DNA of 64,000 bases from Syntrophomonas sp. UBA5432 (lineage in GTDB: Bacteria; Bacillota; Syntrophomonadia; Syntrophomonadales; Syntrophomonadaceae): the NCBI GenBank assembly GCA_002424365.1, contig DIRQ01000032.1, positions 80,245-144,244 of the forward strand. The letters run 5' to 3'. Position numbers and translations under genes: made by a program. Each line of letters opens with the position of its first letter. Within the stretch, counting starts at the first letter, position 1. The notes beneath the pieces are model-generated. The model made no database searches and was not told the origin of the DNA. It saw only the letters and a list, made by a program, of their open reading frames with translations. Below are positions 49,153-58,837 of this stretch, one piece after another.

Positions 49153-49244
49153 ACAATAAATGTGAATAAACACCTCTTTTCTGGTCAAGAATATAGGGCA
49201 GCGAGCCCTTTATTCAGTGGCGCTTGCAGAAAGAGGTGAAAAAG

Positions 49245-50096
49245 GTGAATAAGAGGTGGATAAGTTCACTGCTGTTATGCACCTTCCTATGGTGGGTATG
49301 TAGTAGCCCAGCGATAGCTGCTTTAAACCAGGCAAATTTTTTACCCTGCAATATCAGTAAAAAACAGATGGCAGGTAAGTCCATCCAAAGTTACTACGTA
49401 CGACCGGGTGATAACCTGTGGAACATATCCCGGACTTACCAGGTTAATCTTAAAACTCTAATGAGTGTTAATAAGCTGGACCATAAAAGCATTTTAAGAG
49501 TAGGCCAAAAGCTGGAAATACCTGGTGGACAGGCTCGAATGCACATAATATGCCGCGGTGAGACCCTCTGGGATATTGCCCGTCATTATAATGTGGATTT
49601 AGCCGAATTGCAGAGGATTAACAGCAATAAACAGGCCAACAACTTAAAAATAGGTGACCAGATTACTCTGCCCCGGGAAAATTCACGGATAGCCTTAGCT
49701 GAATCGCTTACACCTTCTCGTAGTATCGTTTCTCGTTTTACCTGGCCGATTCGGGGAACAATGACTTCTAAATACGGATGGCGAGATTCTGGCTTTCACC
49801 ATGGATTAGATATAGCTGGTAACCTGGGCGATCCGGTGCAAGCTGCTGCTGGTGGCGTAGTATCTTGTACTGGTTATATATCTCTTTATGGTAACACGGT
49901 TATAATTGATCACTCTGATGGGAAACAGACCCTATATGCACATCTTAATCAGATTAAGGTAAAGCCAGGTGATAGGGTAGCACGTGGTTCCATTATTGCC
50001 ACCGTAGGTAGTACTGGTCGTAGTACTGGTCCCCATTTGCATTTTGAAATAAAACAGGGTGATACCAGGGAAGACCCGCTTGCATATCTAAGATAG
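49245..50096 (+). CDS. LysM-domain M23 peptidoglycan endopeptidase
   Basis: Signal peptide, two LysM repeats (YYVRPGDNLWNISR..., IICRGETLWDIARHY...), M23 motifs HHGLDIA and GPHLHFEI. GTG at 49245 follows AAGAGGTG. Confidence 0.88.
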   Translation: MNKRWISSLLLCTFLWWVCSSPAIAALNQANFLPCNISKKQMAGKSIQSYYVRPGDNLWNISRTYQVNLKTLMSVNKLDHKSILRVGQKLEIPGGQARMHIICRGETLWDIARHYNVDLAELQRINSNKQANNLKIGDQITLPRENSRIALAESLTPSRSIVSRFTWPIRGTMTSKYGWRDSGFHHGLDIAGNLGDPVQAAAGGVVSCTGYISLYGNTVIIDHSDGKQTLYAHLNQIKVKPGDRVARGSIIATVGSTGRSTGPHLHFEIKQGDTREDPLAYLR

Positions 50097-50105
50097 AGTA
50101 TTTAC

Positions 50106-50141
50106 AAAAAGCCTTCTGGAAGTAATCAGGGGGCTTTTTTT
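50106..50141 (+). terminator. rho-independent terminator after the M23 peptidase gene
   Basis: AAAAAGCCTTCTG-GAAGTAAT-CAGGGGGCTTTTTTT. Confidence 0.7.
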
Positions 50142-50187
50142 ATGTCTGCAATTAGGATAGGCTATAATGAGAATTAAGAATTAATAC

Positions 50188-50289
50188 GAAAATGGTGCTG
50201 ATAACGAAGTTGTCTTGTGAATAACTTAAATTGACAACTTGACTAATTATCTAGAGTGGGGAGTAAGGGGTGAGGATATTTCCTAACCC
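50188..50289 (+). repeat. intergenic repeat module 1 (forward) with terminal hairpin
   Basis: GAAAATGGTGCTGATAACGAAGTTGTCTTGTGAATAACTTAAATTGACAACTTGACTAATTATCTAGAGTGGGGAGTAAGGGGTGAGGATATTTCCTAACCC. Confidence 0.85.
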
Positions 50290-50354
50290 TGCCAACCCGA
50301 CATAATCAGGTACAATTAGAATTCGCATCAATAATTGAAAGCTGAGGTTAGCAG

Positions 50355-51602
50355 ATGTTTTTAACGCTTTTTGCCAATGAGCGGGGAGAACTACTGGAGT
50401 ATCCTGATATTGGTATGTTAGGGCGCAGTGGCTCCGATTGGGTAGTGCCTGAAGAGGCCGAGATGATACCCCTGCCCCGGGGAGCTTCGCTAGTAAGCGT
50501 TCCTGGTTGTATACCAGTAGGCCTTGATAGTGAGGAAGAATTAACTTATTTTGAATGGGCACCTGATTGTGAAGGGAAAATTCAGGCAGTAGCTGCTCTC
50601 TTACCGCAGGGCTTTACCCGAACTCTTATGCCCGCCTGTGTGAAACGCAGATCTGATAAAGACCTTCCTCTGCTAGGCTATGCTGCGGTAGGGTTTAAGC
50701 AGGAAAAAATATATGTAGCTGCAGTCCAGACTGATGCTCACCGTAAATGGCATCCAACCTACTACAATACTGACGGTCTACCAGAGCGGATTGAAAAAAA
50801 GCTAAGGAAATACCCCGATAATAGGATTCTCAGGCAACTGGCTCGCTGCTCCCTGGAATATAGCTGTTTTACGGCCCAGAATATATTTTACCAACGCTGG
50901 GAGGGTGGTATACCTACTATGCCACGGTGTAACGCTGACTGTATGGGTTGCATATCAGAGAGCCATCTAAACATAACCTCTCCCCAACAGCGCCTAAGCT
51001 TTAATCCTTCGGTAAATGAAATAGTTGAAGTGGGTACTGACCACCTGATGAATGCCCGTGATGCTATAATAAGTTTTGGCCAGGGATGTGAGGGTGAACC
51101 TTCTCTAAATGCAAAAAACTTATCCCAGGCAGTCGAGATTATGCGTAAAGAAACTTCCCGGGGTACCATCAACCTCAATACTAATGCCGGCTATACTGCA
51201 GGTATAAAACAGATATGTAATGCTGGTCTAGATACTATACGGATAACCATATTTTCCTGCCAGCAGGATAATTATATGGCCTACCATCGTCCCCTAAATT
51301 ATAGTTTCAGTGATGTGGAGAAGTCTATTGCTTATGCCAAAGATAAGGGTGTAAAGGTATCCCTTAATCTTTTAACTTTTCCTGGATTTACTGATCGGGA
51401 GGACGAAATTGAAGAACTGCTTTATTTTATCGAAGGCAACCATATCGATATGGTTCAATTACGTAATTTAAATATTGACCCCGATTATCTAAACAATAAT
51501 TTCAGTGGTGAAAGTGGTATCGGTATACTTAATTTGATAAACCTGCTAAAAGAAGAATTACCAGGACTTAAGATTGGGTCTTACAGTCATCCGTTGGATT
51601 AA
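50355..51602 (+). CDS. radical SAM protein with about 190-aa N-terminal domain of unknown function
   Basis: 415 aa. CxxxCxxC = CNADCMGC at about residue 197. Confidence 0.75.
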   Translation: MFLTLFANERGELLEYPDIGMLGRSGSDWVVPEEAEMIPLPRGASLVSVPGCIPVGLDSEEELTYFEWAPDCEGKIQAVAALLPQGFTRTLMPACVKRRSDKDLPLLGYAAVGFKQEKIYVAAVQTDAHRKWHPTYYNTDGLPERIEKKLRKYPDNRILRQLARCSLEYSCFTAQNIFYQRWEGGIPTMPRCNADCMGCISESHLNITSPQQRLSFNPSVNEIVEVGTDHLMNARDAIISFGQGCEGEPSLNAKNLSQAVEIMRKETSRGTINLNTNAGYTAGIKQICNAGLDTIRITIFSCQQDNYMAYHRPLNYSFSDVEKSIAYAKDKGVKVSLNLLTFPGFTDREDEIEELLYFIEGNHIDMVQLRNLNIDPDYLNNNFSGESGIGILNLINLLKEELPGLKIGSYSHPLD

Positions 51603-51640
51603 GCTATGCTTATTTATCATTTAAAGGAGTCGAGGCGAAG

Positions 51641-52633
51641 TTGGAAAAGAAAGGACCATTTACCGTTAAAGAACTCAGGAGCCTTTCCCCGGGTACCCAA
51701 TTTTGGGGCAAATATTTAATACTGGATAAAAACCAGCGTAAAATCAAAGATGGTCGTGATATTATTAACCTTAAACTGGGGGATACTACCGGAGAGGTAG
51801 ATGCAGTAGTATGGGATAGTTGTAAGGTTACTGGTGAACTGGAAAATGGGGCGGTAATTGGATTGATGGCTGATGTGGGCTCGTACAACAACCGCTTGCA
51901 GGCGACCGCCAAGCGCATTAAGATTCTGGAAGAGGATCCCCTGGATTATTTGAAAAAGCCTGATGTAGATATAAATGACTTAATCGAACAGTTTGAGTAC
52001 ATTATAAATTCGGTGACCAACCCCTATCTGCAGGAATTACTAACTCGCATATTTACTCCCACGGTGCGAACTATTTTCTTTCGCGCCCCGGCAGCAAAAA
52101 AAATTCATCATAACTACAGCGGCGGACTCTTAGAACATACCCTGACTGTAGCTCAACTTTGCATCCAGGTAGCCGGGAATTATCCTGATATTAACCGCGA
52201 TTTGCTTATAAGTGGAGCCCTTTTACATGACATCGGCAAGTTGCAGGAGTACGAAATGAAGGTGGTACCGGAATATACGGTTGAAGGTAGACTGTTGGGG
52301 CACATCGTTATGGGTAGCGAATTAATAACAACCCAAATTGCTCAAATGCGGGTAGAAAACATAGATTTTCCCCCTAAGCTGGAATGGATGTTAAAACATA
52401 TGATTTTAAGTCACCATGGCAGTCTGGAATTTGGCTCACCAGTAATTCCATTATTCCCGGAAGCCTTTATGCTTTATATGATGGATAACCTTGATGCTAA
52501 GATGTTTGTTTATAAACAAAAGATTGATGAAAATAATGGAGCAGATGAACTCTTTACCAACTATGACAGTTTCTTTGGGCAGTATTTTTTCACCTACCGT
52601 TATCAGGAAAATAACAATGGAAAGGAAGAATAG
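51641..52633 (+). CDS. yhaM: 3'-5' exoribonuclease YhaM-like (OB-fold + HD domain)
   Basis: N-terminal OB fold. HD domain HHNY.GGLLEHT ... LLHDIGK. Confidence 0.82.
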   Translation: MEKKGPFTVKELRSLSPGTQFWGKYLILDKNQRKIKDGRDIINLKLGDTTGEVDAVVWDSCKVTGELENGAVIGLMADVGSYNNRLQATAKRIKILEEDPLDYLKKPDVDINDLIEQFEYIINSVTNPYLQELLTRIFTPTVRTIFFRAPAAKKIHHNYSGGLLEHTLTVAQLCIQVAGNYPDINRDLLISGALLHDIGKLQEYEMKVVPEYTVEGRLLGHIVMGSELITTQIAQMRVENIDFPPKLEWMLKHMILSHHGSLEFGSPVIPLFPEAFMLYMMDNLDAKMFVYKQKIDENNGADELFTNYDSFFGQYFFTYRYQENNNGKEE

Positions 52634-52635
52634 TC

Positions 52636-52857
52636 ATGCCAATTATTAACGTGCAAATGATTGCTGGGCGCAGCCAGGAAAAAAAACAAGAACTGGTGGC
52701 GGTTTTGACTCGAGAAACAGCACGAATACTGGATGTCGAGCCCGATTGGGTGACCGTGGTTATTAATGAATACACCCGGGATAACTGGGCTAGTGGCGGT
52801 GAACTTCATTCCATTAAATTAGGCGAAGGTTTCGGCCGCCAGGGAACGGGGAAATAA
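52636..52857 (+). CDS. 4-oxalocrotonate tautomerase-family protein
   Basis: MPIINVQM...GRS.E.K..L: catalytic Pro1 and the typical beta-alpha-beta start. Confidence 0.8.
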   Translation: MPIINVQMIAGRSQEKKQELVAVLTRETARILDVEPDWVTVVINEYTRDNWASGGELHSIKLGEGFGRQGTGK

Positions 52858-52863
52858 TTACTA

Positions 52864-53577
52864 ATGAAACGATCTTATAAACAATTGTTTTTAGCTTTAT
52901 TTATCCTGTTCTTACTGGTAGTTATCTGGCAAGAATACTATGGTACCCGTTTAGGCCCAACCATGATTACAGATAAACTAGACCTGGGACCTGCTTGCCA
53001 GGTACCCCTGCAAATAAGTTCAGAAGACCAAAATGGTAATGATATTCCCGATGCCCTGGATTTGGTTCAAGGTGCTCGCCAGGAGGTGGAGCGCGGAACC
53101 CTTTATGATGCATCATATTATTCCGGCGGTTATCCGCCTGAGGGCAAGGGTTGCTGTACCGATGTAATTTGGCGGGCCTTTGAAGCTGCCGGGTATAATT
53201 TTAAGACCATGGTGGATGAAGATATAAAGAATTATCCGGAAGCCTATGGTATTACCGGCACCCAGCCTGACCGGGATATTGATTTTCGCCGGGTAAAAAA
53301 TCTGCAGATATTTTTTAAGCGTCATGGGCAGGAGCTAACCACCGAAGTAAAACCAGGAGATGTGGAAAACCTAAAACAATGGCAGCCAGGCGACATTGTG
53401 GTTTTTGGTGATCCACTGGAACATATAGGAATTATTTCTGACCAACGTCTAAAGAGCGGAATACCACTGGTAATACATAATGGAGGTCCCCGGGCCAGTG
53501 AGGCTAACGCCCTGCAGCTCTGGCCCAGTAAAATCATCTATCACTTCCGCTACTTTACCGAAAAACCTGTGCTATAA
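52864..53577 (+). CDS. DUF1287-family protein with N-terminal anchor
   Basis: YDASYYSGGYPPEGKGCCTDVIWRAFEAAGYNF and DIVVFG...HIGI resemble the DUF1287 pattern (from memory). Confidence 0.6.
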   Translation: MKRSYKQLFLALFILFLLVVIWQEYYGTRLGPTMITDKLDLGPACQVPLQISSEDQNGNDIPDALDLVQGARQEVERGTLYDASYYSGGYPPEGKGCCTDVIWRAFEAAGYNFKTMVDEDIKNYPEAYGITGTQPDRDIDFRRVKNLQIFFKRHGQELTTEVKPGDVENLKQWQPGDIVVFGDPLEHIGIISDQRLKSGIPLVIHNGGPRASEANALQLWPSKIIYHFRYFTEKPVL

Positions 53578-53750
53578 CCCTGGAACTATCAAGGAGTAGG
53601 GATAAAAGGCGAGGGGAAACCGAAACCCCGACATGAAATTTCTTGTGTTTTAAGAGCTTTATTGATATAATTTTCTTTGCAGTTTTTAATGGAAATTCAT
53701 ATATCCATATAGAATAAGCAGCAACCTTTGAAGTGAGGTGAAAACAGAAA

Positions 53751-53954
53751 GTGAAAGAAAAAATACATCCCCAGTATCGTATGACCACAGCCAGATGCGC
53801 TTGTGGTAACGAGTTTGAAGTTGGGTCTACCAAGGAGAACATAAAAGTAGAAGTCTGCTCCAAGTGTCACCCCTTCTACACCGGTAACAAAGGCAGAGTA
53901 GTTGATACCACCGGGAGAGTTGACCGGTTTAAGAAAAAATATGGTTTACAGTAA
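53751..53954 (+). CDS. rpmE: 50S ribosomal protein L31 (zinc-binding type A)
   Basis: MKEKIHPQY...CACGNEF...[13 protein letters not shown] start. Confidence 0.95.
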   Translation: MKEKIHPQYRMTTARCACGNEFEVGSTKENIKVEVCSKCHPFYTGNKGRVVDTTGRVDRFKKKYGLQ

Positions 53955-53958
53955 AGTG

Positions 53959-53988
53959 ATAGCAGGGCGTAGACTCTGCTATTTTTTT
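53959..53988 (+). terminator. rho-independent terminator after rpmE
   Basis: ATAGCAG-10 nt-CTGCTAT followed by T6-7. Confidence 0.7.
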
Positions 53989-54038
53989 AACTATCGGTGA
54001 CTACTGCTGAGTTTGTGGATCGAGCATTAAAATAATGA

Positions 54039-54172
54039 TATAGTGAGGAGTTCGGGATGAGAAGCATGGAATACGAAAATATCCTCACCCCTTACCCCTC
54101 ACTCCAGACAACTAATCAAGTTCTAAATTCGAAGTTATCTATAAGACAACTTTGTTATCAGCGTCTATTTTC
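54039..54172 (-). repeat. intergenic repeat module 1 (reverse) preceded by a partial forward G-rich arm, forming a long hairpin
   Basis: ATAGTGAGGAGTTCGGGATGAGAAG...TATCCTCACCCCTTACCCCTCACTCCAGACAACTAATCAAGTTCTAAATTCGAAGTTATCTATAAGACAACTTTGTTATCAGCGTCTATTTTC. Confidence 0.85.
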
Positions 54173-54190
54173 TTACTAAGGTGGTATTTA

Positions 54191-55108
54191 ATGAATAAGA
54201 AGGTTCAATACGGCGGTATGGCTGTTATAGAAGGAGTAATGATGCGGGGACCTGAAAAAATAGCCCTAGCTGTCCGTAAAACTGATGGCAGAATCGAACT
54301 GGAAGAAGAACCTGTATCCGACCTGCCGGTACGCTACCCCTTTTTAAAATGGCCTTTCCTAAGAGGAACTTACGTTTTAATTGATTCAATGGTAGTGGGT
54401 ATGCGGATGCTTAATAAATCAGCTAACATGTCACTGGATGAAGAGGAAGAGGAACTCTCCACCGGGGAAATAGTGATTACTGGTTTACTAGCTTTTGCCC
54501 TGGCTATACTGCTTTTTGTAATACTACCTACTGCTATTGTACATTACACCAGTCGGTTTCTGGGTGGTGTTTTGACTCAGAATATAGTGGAAGGCATTAT
54601 ACGCATATTCTTTTTCCTGGCTTATGTTTGGGCTATTGGTAAGATGCAGGAAATAGACCGAGTTTTTATGTATCATGGGGCTGAACACAAATCCATATTT
54701 GCCTACGAAGCAGGGGAAGAACTTACCATAGAGAACACCAGCAAACACACTACCCTCCATCCCCGTTGCGGTACCAGTTTTATTCTTATCGTTTTAATTA
54801 TTTCTATTCTGGTGTTTGCTTTGCTAGGTGACGGAAGCCTATTTTACCGCATATGGTCTAGAATAGCAGTTCTGCCAATAGTAGCAGGCCTGGGTTATGA
54901 ATTTCTTAAGTTTAGCGGAAAATATTATAATAATCGCTGGGCTCGCATATTAATTGCACCGGGTCTTTACCTTCAGAAGCTTACCACTCAAGAACCTGAT
55001 GATGATCAATTAGAAGTTGCTATTGCTGCCTTAAAGGCAGTTATCCCGGGGGAAAAGTCTCAAGATTCCAGTATAGAGAGTTTAGTGGGAGTAAATTGCG
55101 AAATTTGA
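54191..55108 (+). CDS. DUF1385-family membrane protein (commonly linked to prfA/prmC)
   Basis: ATG at 54191 follows AAGGTGG. MNKKVQYGGMAVIEGVMMRG... and YHGAEHK motifs. The ORF-track start at 54152 lies inside the repeat. Confidence 0.8.
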   Translation: MNKKVQYGGMAVIEGVMMRGPEKIALAVRKTDGRIELEEEPVSDLPVRYPFLKWPFLRGTYVLIDSMVVGMRMLNKSANMSLDEEEEELSTGEIVITGLLAFALAILLFVILPTAIVHYTSRFLGGVLTQNIVEGIIRIFFFLAYVWAIGKMQEIDRVFMYHGAEHKSIFAYEAGEELTIENTSKHTTLHPRCGTSFILIVLIISILVFALLGDGSLFYRIWSRIAVLPIVAGLGYEFLKFSGKYYNNRWARILIAPGLYLQKLTTQEPDDDQLEVAIAALKAVIPGEKSQDSSIESLVGVNCEI

Positions 55109-55142
55109 CTTTTAGAATAATGAAAGATAAGGAGGGTTTCGA

Positions 55143-56210
55143 ATGCTGCATAAACTGGATAGTATCGAAGAAAAATATGATGAACTAAATGAACAAATGA
55201 GCAGACCGGAAGTGATATCCGACCAGAGTAAATTCCAAAAGTATGCCAAGGCTCATTCGGACCTCAGTGATATAGTTTCTCGGTACCGAGAGTATAAATC
55301 ATTAATCCAGCAGATTAATGATGCCCAGGAAATGCTTACAGAAGAACCGGATGAAGAGTTTAAAGTGATGCTACTGGAGGAATTGGAAACCCTGAAGGAA
55401 AAACAAGGTCTGGCAGAGCATGATTTACGAATATTACTTCTACCCCGTGATCCTAATGATGAGAAGAGTGTTATTATGGAAATCCGCGCTGGAACCGGAG
55501 GCGAAGAGGCAGCTCTTTTTGCCAGCGACCTATTTCGTATGTATACTCGCTATGCTGAGTTGCAGGGTTGGAAGATAGATATAATGGATTCTCACTATAC
55601 TGATATTGGTGGTATCAAGGAAATTATCTTTGTGGTTGATGGTCAAGGAGCTTATAGCCGACTTAAATACGAATCCGGTGTCCACCGGGTGCAACGTGTT
55701 CCGAGCACTGAATCAGGTGGTCGCATACACACTTCTGCAGCTACGGTAGCTGTACTACCGGAAGCGGAAGAGGTAGAAGTGGAAATAGATCCAAATGAGA
55801 TCAGGGTGGATGTATATTGTTCCAGCGGACCTGGAGGACAATCGGTTAATACGACTCAGTCGGCTGTACGTCTTACCCATATTCCTACCGGCCTGGTGGT
55901 AACCTGCCAAGACGAAAAATCTCAGCATAAGAACAAAGCCAAGGCCTTAAGGGTTTTAAGGGCCCGGCTCAAAGAGATTATGGAGGCTGAAGTGAATGCG
56001 GAAATGGCCGGTACTCGCAAAAGCCAGGTGGGTAGCGGTGACCGCAGTGAGCGCATCCGTACCTATAATTTCCCCCAGGGTAGAGTAAGCGATCATAGAA
56101 TTAACCTTACCTTGCATAAATTGGATTTGGTACTGGAAGGGCAACTAAATGAAATTATTGACGCTCTTATCGCCAATGACCAGGCTGAGCGTTTAAAACA
56201 GGTGGATTAG
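55143..56210 (+). CDS. prfA: peptide chain release factor 1
   Basis: 355 aa. PST/PxT-type recognition region (RVPSTES) and GGQ motif (SGPGGQSVN). Confidence 0.96.
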   Translation: MLHKLDSIEEKYDELNEQMSRPEVISDQSKFQKYAKAHSDLSDIVSRYREYKSLIQQINDAQEMLTEEPDEEFKVMLLEELETLKEKQGLAEHDLRILLLPRDPNDEKSVIMEIRAGTGGEEAALFASDLFRMYTRYAELQGWKIDIMDSHYTDIGGIKEIIFVVDGQGAYSRLKYESGVHRVQRVPSTESGGRIHTSAATVAVLPEAEEVEVEIDPNEIRVDVYCSSGPGGQSVNTTQSAVRLTHIPTGLVVTCQDEKSQHKNKAKALRVLRARLKEIMEAEVNAEMAGTRKSQVGSGDRSERIRTYNFPQGRVSDHRINLTLHKLDLVLEGQLNEIIDALIANDQAERLKQVD

Positions 56211-56211
56211 C

Positions 56212-57066
56212 TTGCAGAGTTGGACGGTCAAAGAATTACTGGAGTGGACCAGCAATTATTTTAGAGAAAAAAAGATTAAGGAAGCCCGTCTAGAGGCGGA
56301 AATCCTGTTGGCCCGGGTACTGGGGAAAGACCGGGTCTATTTATATGCTAATTATGATGCCCCGGTAAATCAGGATGAAAGAAGTATCTTCAGGGAATTC
56401 ATAAAAAGAAGGGTTAAGAAAGAGCCGTTGTCTTATATTACCGGGACCAAAGAGTTTATGTCACTGGAGTTTAGAGTTAATCCGGCGGTTTTAATTCCCC
56501 GTCCGGAAAGTGAAATTATAGTGGAACGGGCTATTGATTTGTTTAGAGACCGACCCTGCTCCATCTGCGATATAGGTACCGGTTCGGGTGCGCTGGCTGT
56601 TAGTCTGGCTCACTACCTGCCTTTGGCCCAGGTTTTTGCCACCGATATATCACGGCCAGCACTGGAAACGGCCCGGGAGAATGCTTCTCGGCTTCAGGTT
56701 AAGGTTGAATTTTTGGAGGGGGATTTGCTCTCTCCTTTTTTAGATAAAGAAGACCACTTTGACTTAATAGTTGCTAACCTTCCCTATATTCCATTAGAGG
56801 AATACTATACTCTGGACTCTGGGGTAAAAAGTTACGAACCGCAATTAGCTTTACTTGCTCCCGGAGATGGATTTGATATTTATCGGCGTCTTATACCCCA
56901 GGCTTTTACCCTGCTTAAAGAAGGGGCTTATCTTTTTATTGAAATAGGATGGAAGCAGGGGGAAAAGGCTTTACAGATGATGAATAACTTTGAAGATGTA
57001 CAATTAATCAAAGACCTGGCCGGCTATGACCGGGTAGTAACGGCTAGAAAGGGGTCAGTTAGGTGA
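56212..57066 (+). CDS. prmC: release factor glutamine methyltransferase
   Basis: SAM motif DIGTGSGA and the NLPY (NPPY-type) motif. Confidence 0.92.
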   Translation: MQSWTVKELLEWTSNYFREKKIKEARLEAEILLARVLGKDRVYLYANYDAPVNQDERSIFREFIKRRVKKEPLSYITGTKEFMSLEFRVNPAVLIPRPESEIIVERAIDLFRDRPCSICDIGTGSGALAVSLAHYLPLAQVFATDISRPALETARENASRLQVKVEFLEGDLLSPFLDKEDHFDLIVANLPYIPLEEYYTLDSGVKSYEPQLALLAPGDGFDIYRRLIPQAFTLLKEGAYLFIEIGWKQGEKALQMMNNFEDVQLIKDLAGYDRVVTARKGSVR

Positions 57067-58034
57067 TAACCCAATACTGGAAAGTAAATCCGGTAAAGCC
57101 GGAAACAGATATTATAACCCGGGCTGCAGCTTTAATAGAGGATATACAGCTGGTGGCATTTCCCACTGAAACTGTTTATGGACTAGGTGCCTTGGCCAGC
57201 TCCAGTGAGGCAGTGACAAAAATCTTTGCAGCTAAAGGCAGACCGGCAGAAAATCCCTTGCTGGTACATGTAAGTAAGATAGAACAGGTAAAGGAACTGG
57301 TTCTGGAGATACCTGAAACCGCCAGTTTATTGATGGAAAAGTTCTGGCCCGGGCCGCTGTCAATTATATTACCTTCCCGGAAAGAAGTTCCAGCAATTGT
57401 TCGCGGAGGAAAAAGCAGTGTAGGTTTGCGGATGCCATCTCATCCGGTAGCCCGGGCTCTTATTGACCAGACTGGACCTATTGCTGCTCCCAGTGCCAAC
57501 CTTTCCGGGCGCCCCAGTCCTCTGACCGCTGAGCATGTCAAAGCTGATCTTGATGGTAGAATAGCAGCAGTCCTGGATGCTGGTGCGACTGGAATCGGAT
57601 TGGAATCAACTATAGTTGATTTAAGCCAGGACAAATATCAGGTATTACGCCTGGGAGGGCTTCCCCTGGAGGAACTGCAACAAGTACTGGGGGAGGTAAA
57701 AGTCAATTATCATGAAAATGATAAACTACCCCATTTCCAAACTAGTTCCCAGGTCATTATTTGCCAAAATGGAAAAGATTTTATTGACCAGCAGAAATAT
57801 TGGCTTGGGCAGAAAAGAAAACTGGCAATTGTTTCAAGTAAACTAGGACAACCGCATATTATTAATAAATCAGTTCAAGTATATGATTTAGACCTGGGCG
57901 AGGATAGTAGTAATCTTTATACAATATTACGTGATGCTGAACAGGTCGGTATCGAAATACTGCTCTTCTCCCCCTTACCCCAAAATTTAACCGGCATTAA
58001 CCGGGCTCTGCTGGAACGCATTAACAAATTATGA
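57063..58034 (+). CDS. tsaC: L-threonylcarbamoyladenylate synthase (Sua5/YwlC long form)
   Basis: FPTETVYGLGA, KGRP..NPL..HV, SAN.SGRPSP, plus the C-terminal Sua5 domain. Confidence 0.9.
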   Translation: MITQYWKVNPVKPETDIITRAAALIEDIQLVAFPTETVYGLGALASSSEAVTKIFAAKGRPAENPLLVHVSKIEQVKELVLEIPETASLLMEKFWPGPLSIILPSRKEVPAIVRGGKSSVGLRMPSHPVARALIDQTGPIAAPSANLSGRPSPLTAEHVKADLDGRIAAVLDAGATGIGLESTIVDLSQDKYQVLRLGGLPLEELQQVLGEVKVNYHENDKLPHFQTSSQVIICQNGKDFIDQQKYWLGQKRKLAIVSSKLGQPHIINKSVQVYDLDLGEDSSNLYTILRDAEQVGIEILLFSPLPQNLTGINRALLERINKL

Positions 58035-58047
58035 ATTAATGTTGAGA

Positions 58048-58095
58048 TACGGCCCATGAGCACACTCATATAACCATGATGAAAATGGCCATGAG
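58048..58095 (-). repeat. intergenic repeat module 2 (reverse, shortened)
   Basis: The rc reads CTCATGGCCATTTTCATCATGGTTATATGAGTGTGCTCATGGGCCGTAT. Confidence 0.5.
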
Positions 58096-58106
58096 TTAAG
58101 GTAGCA

Positions 58107-58207
58107 AGGAGGGTAGAGGTAGGGAAGTATCCTCACCCCTTACCCCTCACTCTAAACAATTTAGCAAGTTATATATTGGTTGGCTATTAACAAGATAATT
58201 TTGTAGC
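58107..58207 (-). repeat. intergenic repeat module 1 (reverse) with partial inverted G-rich partner
   Basis: AAGGAGGGTAGAGGTAGGGAAGTATCCTCACCCCTTACCCCTCACTCTAAACAATTTAGCAAGTTATATATTGG... Confidence 0.75.
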
Positions 58208-58238
58208 CTGTGGTTAACTATCTGATAGAGGATTAATT

Positions 58239-58823
58239 ATGGAACAGCTTTTAACTATTATACTGGTAGCAGTGGTGCTAGGCCTGGATGCCTTTTCACT
58301 TTCCCTGGGTTTGGGCCTGCAGGGAAGATCCCGGGGTTATGGATTTAAATTTTCAGCTATGGTAGGAGTCTTCCATATTATAATGCCGCTAATTGGTCTT
58401 AACCTGGGTCTGACAGCAGGTAAATTTCTGGGTGTTTGGGCTTCTCGATTGGGAGCTGCTATTTTGGCATATATAGCTATTGATTTTATAATTACAGGTT
58501 ATCGTCAAACTCGACCCCATAGTTATTCCTTCACAGAAGGCAAAGCTATAATTGAAAAACAAAAGGATTCTAACCGACAAAATTGGGCAAATACGTTGTT
58601 GATGGGAATATCCGTAAGCATTGATGCCTTGACAGTAGGATTTAGTTTGGGTACCTTTAAAATGCCTGTTTTTATAACTGTTATTATCATGGGTATGGTA
58701 GCCGCTATCATGACCCTGCTAGGATTCTTAGGAGGGCGGATGTTCAGCCGCCTAGTGGGAAGCTATGCCCAGATGGCTGGAGGGCTGGTGTTGGCAGCAC
58801 TGGCTGTAAAACTACTGTTTTAA
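58239..58823 (+). CDS. mntP: manganese efflux pump MntP
   Basis: 194 aa, 6 TM. LGLDAFS and SIDALTVG repeats typical of MntP/YebN. Confidence 0.85.
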   Translation: MEQLLTIILVAVVLGLDAFSLSLGLGLQGRSRGYGFKFSAMVGVFHIIMPLIGLNLGLTAGKFLGVWASRLGAAILAYIAIDFIITGYRQTRPHSYSFTEGKAIIEKQKDSNRQNWANTLLMGISVSIDALTVGFSLGTFKMPVFITVIIMGMVAAIMTLLGFLGGRMFSRLVGSYAQMAGGLVLAALAVKLLF

Positions 58824-58837
58824 AGGAGGATAAAGGC

